A stretch of 64,000 nucleotides of DNA, from the NCBI GenBank assembly GCA_028718635.1, contig JAQULK010000001.1, forward strand, positions 152,626 through 216,625, in the 5' to 3' direction. The notes under the pieces were generated by a model. The model saw only the letters and a program-made list of their open reading frames with translations. It ran no database searches and was not told where the DNA came from. A program made the translations under genes and the position numbers. Below, piece by piece: positions 19,021-26,945 of this stretch; the stretch's first letter is position 1; each line of letters begins with the position of its first letter. Source of the stretch: Minisyncoccota bacterium. Lineage in GTDB: Bacteria > Patescibacteriota > Minisyncoccia > Phycocordibacterales > UBA9973.

Positions 19021-19037
19021 AAGTTTTGATATTTATT

Positions 19038-19943
19038 TTATTTCTGATGCACGGAGCAAAAATGCGCGCTGCGGCCGTTTATTATTTTTCTAATTATTGT
19101 GCCTTTACAACCTTTTTTTCTGCATTTTTCTCCTGTGCGTCTATAAGCTTCATGATGCAGTTGGAATTTTCCGGGCAGGCCATAAATATTTTTGTAATCT
19201 GACATTGAGTCTCCGCCGAAATCTATGCCTTTCGCGAGTGTTTCTTTGATGGCTTTGAATATCAATTTAATTTCTGGCTTTTTGAGCGTGGAAACTTTTC
19301 TCTCCGGATGCACTCCGGCGCGCCAAAGTATTTCATCTGAATAAATATTACCAATGCCGGCAATAATTCTTTGATCCATCAAGACTGTCTTAATTTTCCC
19401 ATTTTGTTTTTTAAAAATTTGTAATTCGAAATTCGTAATTGTAAATTGTTTCTCTAACGGTTCCGGTCCGATATTATTCAGATGTTTACTACCTGCCCCG
19501 TAGGAAGTAATCTTTCCTTCGGGGTCGTGGGCAACGTTAGTATCTAATAAAGTAATTTTTCCGAATTTACGCATATCTGAAAAAATTAAATAATGTTTGC
19601 TTGTCCCGCCATGGCGTGGGTTAGATAAAGTGAAAACCACATGCGCAAATTTAATTTTTGGATCTTTGCCGTAAAATAAATAACCGGTCATCTTCATATG
19701 AACCAAGATGGTTTTACCTTCGGACAAGTTTATCAGGATATTTTTTGCACGTCTTTCGGCTGATATAATTTTCTTATTTAAAACTTCCTTTTTAAAATTT
19801 CTGAAAAATTTTGGATTTGCCACGCTGTCTCTTTTGCGCTTGTCTTTCGTCGCCAAATCAGTCCAAACGTCCTTTATTACAAGGCCTAGGACAGTCTTTT
19901 TGAGACCTCTTGTAGTTGTTTCTACTTCTGGTAATTCAGGCAT
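19038..19943 (-). CDS. mutM: Formamidopyrimidine-DNA glycosylase
   Basis: N-terminal MPELPEVE catalytic motif, H2TH region, and a C-terminal CxxC...CxxC zinc finger. Contains a 29-bp GC-rich palindrome in-frame (PEGKITSYGAG). Confidence 0.9.
   Translation of the reverse strand: MPELPEVETTTRGLKKTVLGLVIKDVWTDLATKDKRKRDSVANPKFFRNFKKEVLNKKIISAERRAKNILINLSEGKTILVHMKMTGYLFYGKDPKIKFAHVVFTLSNPRHGGTSKHYLIFSDMRKFGKITLLDTNVAHDPEGKITSYGAGSKHLNNIGPEPLEKQFTITNFELQIFKKQNGKIKTVLMDQRIIAGIGNIYSDEILWRAGVHPERKVSTLKKPEIKLIFKAIKETLAKGIDFGGDSMSDYKNIYGLPGKFQLHHEAYRRTGEKCRKKGCKGTIIRKIINGRSAHFCSVHQK
19496..19524 (+). repeat. 29-bp palindromic element (CCCCGTAGGAAGTAATCTTTCCTTCGGGG) in-frame in mutM; a near-identical inverted copy lies at 12448..12476 just upstream of uvrA
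   Basis: The two copies differ at 2 of 29 positions after reverse-complementing one; each forms an 11-bp stem hairpin. Confidence 0.75.
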
Positions 19944-19947
19944 GGTT

Positions 19948-20514
19948 TTATTTGCCTCCTAAAATTTTTAAAGCTTCACGGATTTTAGTATTAGTATTCG
20001 CATCAGGAGACACTTTTTTCAATGCTTCGCGCGCTTCATTTTGAGAATATCCTAGGGATTTAAGTGCTTCTAAAACATCCAGCTCTTCCTGTAGAGAACT
20101 TCCTTCCAGTTCAGTTCCTATTTTGTCGCGCAATTCAATCACGATTCTTTCCGCAGTCTTTTTGCCGATGCCGGATATTTTTGTGAGGTAGGAAGTGTCA
20201 TTCATGCCTATGGCTTTCCGCAATGTTTCGATCGAAGCAATTCCTAAAATAGCTAAAGCCGACTTTGGCCCTATGCCCGATACTCCAATGAGCATTTCGA
20301 AAAATTCTAATTCTGAACGTTCTAAAAATCCATACAAATCCAAAGCATCTTCTCGCACGTGCGTATGTGTCCAGAGTGTCATCTCGTCGCCTACTTTTTT
20401 TGTTTTAGACAATACATCTGGGGAGACATTTATTTTATATCCAACCCCGCCCGTTTCCACGATTAAAAATTTATCCGCTTTAAATATAATTTTTCCTTTA
20501 ATGCTTCCGATCAT
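19948..20514 (-). CDS. ruvA: Holliday junction branch migration protein RuvA
   Basis: MIGSIKGKI...VETGGVGY N-terminal OB domain, HhH motifs and a C-terminal domain. Confidence 0.9.
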   Translation of the reverse strand: MIGSIKGKIIFKADKFLIVETGGVGYKINVSPDVLSKTKKVGDEMTLWTHTHVREDALDLYGFLERSELEFFEMLIGVSGIGPKSALAILGIASIETLRKAIGMNDTSYLTKISGIGKKTAERIVIELRDKIGTELEGSSLQEELDVLEALKSLGYSQNEAREALKKVSPDANTNTKIREALKILGGK

Positions 20515-20587
20515 AGATTAATCATATCATATTTGCTCTGACGCAGCAGGGATTGCATCTATGCCTTTTTTTTGCTATATTAGCTTT

Positions 20588-20851
20588 ATGCCAATAACAC
20601 AATCAGCTAAAAAAGCAATTCGCGGTTCTCTTCGAAAGAAGGCTTTCAATGACCAACGCAAGAAGGCAATGAAAGAAATAATCAAGAAAATCGAGAAAGT
20701 TGTAAAAACAAACAAGGAAACAGGCAAGGCTGAAGCTAAAAAAATGCTCTCACTTGCTTTTCAAGCGATCGACAAATCCGCGCAAAAAGGGGTGATCAAA
20801 AAGAACAACGCAGCTCGCAAGAAATCTCGGTTATCAAAGTTGGTTAAATAG
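20588..20851 (+). CDS. rpsT: 30S ribosomal protein S20
   Basis: MPITQSAKKAIRGSLRKK... typical S20 N-terminus. Start set at the internal ATG at 20588. Confidence 0.9.
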   Translation: MPITQSAKKAIRGSLRKKAFNDQRKKAMKEIIKKIEKVVKTNKETGKAEAKKMLSLAFQAIDKSAQKGVIKKNNAARKKSRLSKLVK

Positions 20852-21008
20852 TTCATCAAAAATTTATATTTTAAAAAGCAATCTATCTGGCAAAGCTTTG
20901 CCAGCGAACTGCTCGTCGATCAAGAAAATAATAGAAAGAGTACTTTCTTTATTTTCTAATCTCCTGCGCAAGGCTTTTAAAAATACAAATTTTTGACCAC
21001 CATATATT

Positions 21009-21290
21009 ATGTCATCACATCTGTTAGAATTTTATGGAACTGAATGCCCGCATTGTGTAAATATGCACGAGCTGGTGGAGCGTTTGGAAAAGGAAGAGGG
21101 GATAAAAATCGAAAGCTTGGAAGTTTGGCATAATAAAGAAAACGAAAAGAAATTACTCGAAATTGATAATGGAGAATTATGCGGCGGGGTTCCTTTTTTC
21201 TACAATACCCAAACAAAAAAATTTATTTGCGGGGATGCAGGCTATGATATACTAAAAAAGTGGGCAAAAGGGGAAGAATTCACTCAGTAA
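21009..21290 (+). CDS. Thioredoxin-fold protein (glutaredoxin/thioredoxin-like, CPHC active site)
   Basis: YGTECPHC motif near the N-terminus, about 93 aa. Confidence 0.6.
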   Translation: MSSHLLEFYGTECPHCVNMHELVERLEKEEGIKIESLEVWHNKENEKKLLEIDNGELCGGVPFFYNTQTKKFICGDAGYDILKKWAKGEEFTQ

Positions 21291-21297
21291 AAAAATT

Positions 21298-22095
21298 ATG
21301 TCTATTATAGAAGTAAAAAACTTAACAAAGAAATTTGGAGATTTTACAGCCGTAAATGATATTTCTTTTACGGTTGAAAAGGGCGAAATTTTTGCATTTT
21401 TAGGACCTAATGGAGCAGGCAAAACCACCACGATAAAAATGTTGACGACACTTCTAGAGCCGACAGAAGGAGAGGCAAAAGTTAATGATTTTAATTTAAG
21501 GCGAGAGCGGGATAAAGTCAGGCGTTCTTTTGGAATTGTCTTTCAAGATCCTTCGCTAGATGATGATTTGACTGCTTATGAAAATATGGAATTTCATGCG
21601 GTGCTTTATTCTGTCGATAAAGCCACTCGTATAAAAAGAATTGAAGAACTTTTAAAATTAGTGGATCTATGGGACAGAAGAAAAGAGCTCGTAAAGAATT
21701 TTTCTGGAGGAATGAAGCGCAGACTTGAAATAGCTCGTTCTTTAATCCACACACCCAAGGTCATTTTCTTAGATGAGCCCACTGTGGGTCTCGATCCGCA
21801 AACTCGCAATCATATTTGGTCTTATGTTGTCGATCTTTCTAAAAAAGAAGGGGTAACGGTTTTCCTTACCACTCATTATATGGAGGAGGCGGAGAAGATG
21901 GCAGATAAAGTAGTCATTATCGATCAAGGGAAAATAATAGGTTCTGGGACTCCGCAAGAGCTAAAAAATTCAACTGCCACAAATTCACTAGAAGAAGCCT
22001 TTTTGAAATTAACAGGCGAGGCTATTAGAAGCGATGAGGCAAGCGATGTAGACAAGCTTCGTTCTCATGCGAGAGCCTGGGGTAGAAGAAGATAA
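21298..22095 (+). CDS. ABC transporter ATP-binding protein (ABC-2 type exporter)
   Basis: Walker A GPNGAGKTT, signature FSGGMKRRL, Walker B IFLDEPT. Confidence 0.9.
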   Translation: MSIIEVKNLTKKFGDFTAVNDISFTVEKGEIFAFLGPNGAGKTTTIKMLTTLLEPTEGEAKVNDFNLRRERDKVRRSFGIVFQDPSLDDDLTAYENMEFHAVLYSVDKATRIKRIEELLKLVDLWDRRKELVKNFSGGMKRRLEIARSLIHTPKVIFLDEPTVGLDPQTRNHIWSYVVDLSKKEGVTVFLTTHYMEEAEKMADKVVIIDQGKIIGSGTPQELKNSTATNSLEEAFLKLTGEAIRSDEASDVDKLRSHARAWGRRR

Positions 22096-22099
22096 CAAT

Positions 22100-22846
22100 A
22101 TGAACACAATATATATTCTTTGGTTAAGACAATTAAAAAAATACAGCAGATCTATTCCGAGAATCATCGGAAGCTTGGGCCAGCCGATTCTTTTTCTTTT
22201 GGTTTTTGGCTTCGGTTTCGGTTCGATCTTTTCCAAGGCGGGCGGTGGAAATTATATCCAATTCCTCGTGCCCGGCATTGTGGCGATGGCCGTTGTTTTT
22301 ACCGCCATTTTCGGAGGCATTGAACTTATTTGGGATAGACAATTTGGTTTTCTAAAGGAAACGATGGTGGCGCCTGTTTCTCGTTTTAATATTATGCTGG
22401 GCAGAACTTTTGGCGGAGCGACGGTGTCAGTCATCCAAGGGATCGCTGTTCTGATTATTTCTTTTTTTGTCGGTTTTAAATTGTCCAACCCTTTGATGAT
22501 TTTCCCTGCACTTCTTTTTATGTTTTTAACGGCATTTTTCTTTACCGCTTTAGGCACGGCGATAGCCTCCCAGCTTACCGACATGCAAGCTTTTCCAATT
22601 ATTATGAATTTTTTGGTGATGCCTTTATTTTTCCTTTCTGGTTCGATTTTTCCACTTACCACCGCGCCTAAAGCCCTGCAAATAATAGGGAAGCTCGATC
22701 CTCTTTCTTATGGGATAGACGGCTTGCGTTATGTTTTTGAAGGCATCTCGATTTATAATCCATGGATTGATTTATTTGTACTCATTGGTTTTTCTGTGGT
22801 TGTTGTTTTGATCGGCAGATATTTGTTTGAGAAAATGGAAGCTTGA
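22100..22846 (+). CDS. ABC-2 family transporter permease
   Basis: Six predicted TM helices, immediately downstream of the ABC ATPase. Start set at the in-frame ATG at 22100. Confidence 0.75.
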   Translation: MNTIYILWLRQLKKYSRSIPRIIGSLGQPILFLLVFGFGFGSIFSKAGGGNYIQFLVPGIVAMAVVFTAIFGGIELIWDRQFGFLKETMVAPVSRFNIMLGRTFGGATVSVIQGIAVLIISFFVGFKLSNPLMIFPALLFMFLTAFFFTALGTAIASQLTDMQAFPIIMNFLVMPLFFLSGSIFPLTTAPKALQIIGKLDPLSYGIDGLRYVFEGISIYNPWIDLFVLIGFSVVVVLIGRYLFEKMEA

Positions 22847-22861
22847 TACGCTTCAAAAAGA

Positions 22862-22918
22862 AATAAAAAAAACTCTGCTTACTCCAGCCAAGCTGGAACC
22901 TTCCGCAGAGTTTTTTTA
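22862..22918. terminator. Bidirectional rho-independent terminator between the ABC-2 permease gene and cspA
   Basis: AAAAAAACTCTGC...GCAGAGTTTTTTT long stem with an inner CCAGC-CAA-GCTGG hairpin, with A/T runs on both sides. Confidence 0.7.
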
Positions 22919-22932
22919 TTTCTTTTTTGAAA

Positions 22933-23133
22933 CTACGCGCGTTGTACGTTTGTAGCATTCAATCCTTTTGGTGATTCTTCTGTTTCAAAAGAAAGAGTGT
23001 CTCCTTCTTTCAATTCATCGAAGGTTACGCCTACAAGAGAATTGCTGTGGAAGAATAAATCCTTCTGTAGTCCTTCTGCTGTTATAAAGCCGAAACCTTT
23101 TTCACTTACTAGTTTTTTTATTGTACCAGTCAT
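22933..23133 (-). CDS. cspA: Cold-shock protein (CspA family)
   Basis: MTGTIKKLVSEKGFGFI... RNP motifs; about 100-nt 5' leader. Confidence 0.85.
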   Translation of the reverse strand: MTGTIKKLVSEKGFGFITAEGLQKDLFFHSNSLVGVTFDELKEGDTLSFETEESPKGLNATNVQRA

Positions 23134-23237
23134 TGATTTTTTGGTTAAAATTATTAAATACAAAGATATACTTTAGAAATCGACTCTTTAAACTCTCTTC
23201 GCACCTACTTTGTTTCTTTAGTATGTCACAAAACAGC

Positions 23238-23951
23238 CTAATTTGTCAAGCTTAATGAGTTTAGGAAAATAGCCAATTCTTCTCCCTTTATTTCTCTTAA
23301 AGTATTTGGTTTTAAGTTGTTCAATTTGATATTCATAATTCTTTCACGTTTTAAGTCGGCTACTTCTTGAAAAAGATTCGAGCACATCCGGCGGATTTGG
23401 TGTTTTTTCCCTTCAGTCAAAATTACTTTAAAAGTATTTTCACTCATTGTTTTTACTTTGCATGGTTTGGTGACATAGCCTTCAATATTTACTCCTGCTT
23501 CCATTTTTTGTTTGAAGTTGGAGCGGAGTTTTTCTTTGGTGCGGACGATGTATTCTTTTTCGTGAAAATATTTTGGGTTTAGGAGCTGGTCAGTGATGCG
23601 CCCGTCATTTGTTAGGATCATTAGTCCGTGGCTAGCCTTATCTAGTCTTCCTAAAGGAAACAAGCCTTCTTTGGGAGAACTGGTTTCTGTGCCTTTTGGC
23701 TTATAGTATGCATAATATTTATATGCCGTTGGTTTTGCGCCCTTCACTTCCACTATGTCATTTTCATTTACCTGACTGCCTAGGACCGCTAATTTTTTAT
23801 TGATATATACTTTTTTTTCTTTTATTAAAAGATCCGCTCCTCGTCTGGTAGAGATTTTTTTTAAAGCTAGGTATTTATTTATCCGTACACCAACTTTGGT
23901 ATTGCTTTTTTTGTTCTGCTCTGAATTTATTGACTGATTATTATTTTTCAT
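23238..23951 (-). CDS. rsuA: rRNA pseudouridine synthase (RsuA/RluB family)
   Basis: S4 RNA-binding domain followed by a GRLDKASHGLMILTNDG catalytic motif. Confidence 0.8.
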   Translation of the reverse strand: MKNNNQSINSEQNKKSNTKVGVRINKYLALKKISTRRGADLLIKEKKVYINKKLAVLGSQVNENDIVEVKGAKPTAYKYYAYYKPKGTETSSPKEGLFPLGRLDKASHGLMILTNDGRITDQLLNPKYFHEKEYIVRTKEKLRSNFKQKMEAGVNIEGYVTKPCKVKTMSENTFKVILTEGKKHQIRRMCSNLFQEVADLKRERIMNIKLNNLKPNTLREIKGEELAIFLNSLSLTN

Positions 23952-24088
23952 AAAATGATATATTTAGTAATTAAAAATATTGAAAAAGCAGAACAATACC
24001 AAAGTTGGTGTTGGGATTTATCCGCATGGCTGTCAGTATAGCATATTATGCATTTGCAGATAATGAGTTATTGAGATAAAGTGGTTGT

Positions 24089-24835
24089 ATGCGCATAGTA
24101 ATAAAGGTAGGCACTCAAGTAATTTCTGATAAAAAAGGATTAAATAAGAGGAGAATTAGGCAAATCATTAAAGAAATTGATGAGCTTTTTAAACTTGGGC
24201 ATGAAGTTGTGTTGGTGACTTCTGGCGCCATAGGCACAGGATTGCCCTTGGTTAATTTTTCAAGCTTGCTTCGGAAGAAAATTGCCGCAGCTGTTGGTCA
24301 ACCTATGTTGATGCACAACTATATTAATGAGGCAAAAAAATATAAAATTGTTGTTGGTCAAATTCTAATATTGAGTGATGACTTTACGAACCATGAACGT
24401 TTTAAGAATTTTGTTTTAAATATAAAGGCGATGCTTGCTCATAAAATTCTTCCAATCATAAATGAGAATGATGTGATGAAAAGAGAAGATTTAAGAATTA
24501 ATGACAATGATATGCTAAGCGCGATGGTGGCGGTAGGGTTAAAGGCAGACAAACTTTTGATTTTAACTAATCAAGACGGACTTTTTACAGATAATCCTGA
24601 CCACAATAAAAACGCAGAATTAATAAAAAATGTATGTAAAATTGATGCTAAAATAAAAGCATTATGTTCAGTTGGAAAGTCTGACCTTGGATTTGGTGGA
24701 ATGTGCGCAAAGATTTCATCTGTCGATTATGCAACCAAAAGAGGGATAGAAACATTTATAGGTAACGGGGAAAAATCTGGGACGATAGTAAAAGCTTTTA
24801 GTAAAAATTTTCCAGGTACAAGATTTTTAGCTTAA
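24089..24835 (+). CDS. proB: Glutamate 5-kinase (short form without PUA domain)
   Basis: Amino-acid kinase fold RIVIKVGTQVI...VVLVTSGAIGTG; followed by proC and proA. Confidence 0.8.
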   Translation: MRIVIKVGTQVISDKKGLNKRRIRQIIKEIDELFKLGHEVVLVTSGAIGTGLPLVNFSSLLRKKIAAAVGQPMLMHNYINEAKKYKIVVGQILILSDDFTNHERFKNFVLNIKAMLAHKILPIINENDVMKREDLRINDNDMLSAMVAVGLKADKLLILTNQDGLFTDNPDHNKNAELIKNVCKIDAKIKALCSVGKSDLGFGGMCAKISSVDYATKRGIETFIGNGEKSGTIVKAFSKNFPGTRFLA

Positions 24836-24843
24836 AAACAATA

Positions 24844-25602
24844 ATGAAAACTCAAGTTACAATTATTGGTTTCGGCACGATGGGTAAAGCTATTGCAAAA
24901 GCAATTCTCAAAAAAGATAAAAAAATCTCCGTTTTCGGTATAGATAAAGATAAACCTGATAAAAATAATTTTATTCGGAAAGTAGAAAAATCTGATTTTG
25001 TAATATTAGCTACAAAACCGCAAGATGCAAAAGAGGCAATCCTTGAAATTAAGAATTATTTAAATAAAAAAATAATACTGATATCTATCATGGCTGGCAC
25101 TTCGATAAAAAAGATTGAAAATCTTTCCGGGCATAAAAAAATAATAAGAATGATGCCAAACTTAGGACTTTCTGTGGGTTGTGGTATAGCTGTTTGGAAG
25201 GGTGTGGGAATATCTACATTAGAAAAAAAGAAAGTTAAAAATTTTATAAATAAAATCACAGAAAATTTTGAAGTCAAAAATGAAGATACTATAAATAAAG
25301 TAACAGCGATATCTGGCAGCGGACCAGCCTATTTTTTTCTTTTAGCAGATTGTTTGATTAAAGCTTGCGCTAGTCTTGGATTTAATAAAAATGAAAGCAG
25401 ACAGCTTGTAGAGAAAACATTTTCAGCTGCCGCTATTTTAAGCAGAGAAGAAGATTATTCTTCCCTTATAAAAAAAGTTGCTTCCAAAGGTGGCACCACA
25501 GAAGCGGCACTCGATGTTTTTCAAAAAGAAAATTTCAACGGAATTGTATTAAAAGCTATTCGTTCTGCATATAAAAGAGCGCAAGAATTAAATCAAGGCT
25601 GA
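24844..25602 (+). CDS. proC: Pyrroline-5-carboxylate reductase
   Basis: N-terminal Rossmann IIGFGTMGKAI and P5CR C-terminal region; operon context. Confidence 0.8.
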   Translation: MKTQVTIIGFGTMGKAIAKAILKKDKKISVFGIDKDKPDKNNFIRKVEKSDFVILATKPQDAKEAILEIKNYLNKKIILISIMAGTSIKKIENLSGHKKIIRMMPNLGLSVGCGIAVWKGVGISTLEKKKVKNFINKITENFEVKNEDTINKVTAISGSGPAYFFLLADCLIKACASLGFNKNESRQLVEKTFSAAAILSREEDYSSLIKKVASKGGTTEAALDVFQKENFNGIVLKAIRSAYKRAQELNQG

Positions 25603-25603
25603 A

Positions 25604-26869
25604 ATGGATAAAAAAATATTAAAACAATTAAATAAAGCGAAAGAAGCCTCTAGAGAATTTGCCCTTTTGCCTCATTCAAAAAGAATTTTAATTTTAAAAA
25701 ATATTGTAAAAGAATTGCGTAAAAATAAAAAAACAATTATTACAGCAAATGCTAAAGATCTAAAAAAATTTCCATTAAATGATCCCATGCGTGATCGCAT
25801 GCTTTTAAATGAAACACGGATTGAGGGCATGGCAAAAGAAATAGAAAGTTTGATAAAAATGCCGGATCCTATAGGTGAAATTTTTGATTGCCGAAATAGT
25901 AAAGGGAATAAAGAACTTAAAATTTGCAAAAAAAGAGTGCCTTTCGGGGTGATCGGTGTTATTTATGAATCACGACCAAATGTAACCACAGATGTGGCTG
26001 CGATATGTATTAAGTCGGGCAATGCGGTTATTCTTAAGGGAGGGAAGGAGGCAAGAGAAAGTTATATTATTCTCCACAAAATTATTAAAAAGGCGTTGGT
26101 TTCATCCGGAGCTAGTTTCGAAGCGGTTCAGTTTATAGATCCAAAAACAAAAGATGCTGTTTTGAATATAATTTCGGCAAACGGTTTAGTGGATGTAATT
26201 ATCCCAAGAGGAAGCTCCAATTTAATAAATTTTGTACGAGAGAATGCTACTGTGCCAGTAATCGAAACGGGGGCCGGGGTTTGTCATACTTTCGTGGACG
26301 TTTCTACCAAGCTTGATTCTTCTGCTCGGATTATTTTTAATGCTAAAACACAGCGACCAAGTGTTTGCAACGCCTTAGATACCTTGTTAGTGCACCAAAA
26401 AATAGCGGAAAAATTTCTTCCAATGATCGCTCAATTGTTAATTCAAAAAGAAGTAGAAATTTTTGCCGATTCTCCAAGCTTTAAAATATTACAAAAATAT
26501 TATAGAACTGATCTTTTAAAAAAGGCCACAGAAAAAGATTTTGGACGAGAATTCCTAAGCCAGAAAATGTCTGTGAAAATTGTTTCAGATATTAATGAAG
26601 CGATAAAGCATATCAATAAATATTCCTCCAAACATTCTGAGGCTATTCTCTCAGAAAATAAACAAAACTCCCAGAAGTTCTTGGATAAAGTTGATGCGGC
26701 GGTGGTTTATGTGAATGCCTCGACTCGATTTTCTGATGGCGCAGTATTCGGACTCGGTTCAGAGATCGGTATTTCCACTTCTAAGCTTCACGCTCGTGGT
26801 CCTATGGGTGCGAAAGAAATGACTACTTATAAATGGATAGCGACTGGTAACTATTCTGTCAGAAAATAA
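25604..26869 (+). CDS. proA: Gamma-glutamyl phosphate reductase (glutamate-5-semialdehyde dehydrogenase)
   Basis: ALDH-like fold with IIPRGSSNLINFV...ETGAGVCHTFVD matching the ProA catalytic region. Confidence 0.85.
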   Translation: MDKKILKQLNKAKEASREFALLPHSKRILILKNIVKELRKNKKTIITANAKDLKKFPLNDPMRDRMLLNETRIEGMAKEIESLIKMPDPIGEIFDCRNSKGNKELKICKKRVPFGVIGVIYESRPNVTTDVAAICIKSGNAVILKGGKEARESYIILHKIIKKALVSSGASFEAVQFIDPKTKDAVLNIISANGLVDVIIPRGSSNLINFVRENATVPVIETGAGVCHTFVDVSTKLDSSARIIFNAKTQRPSVCNALDTLLVHQKIAEKFLPMIAQLLIQKEVEIFADSPSFKILQKYYRTDLLKKATEKDFGREFLSQKMSVKIVSDINEAIKHINKYSSKHSEAILSENKQNSQKFLDKVDAAVVYVNASTRFSDGAVFGLGSEIGISTSKLHARGPMGAKEMTTYKWIATGNYSVRK

Positions 26870-26945
26870 TTCTTTGTCTATAATAAGTTTTTGTGTGGAT
26901 AACTTTATTTGTTAAATATGCACAAGGAGAGATATACTAGAGTAT

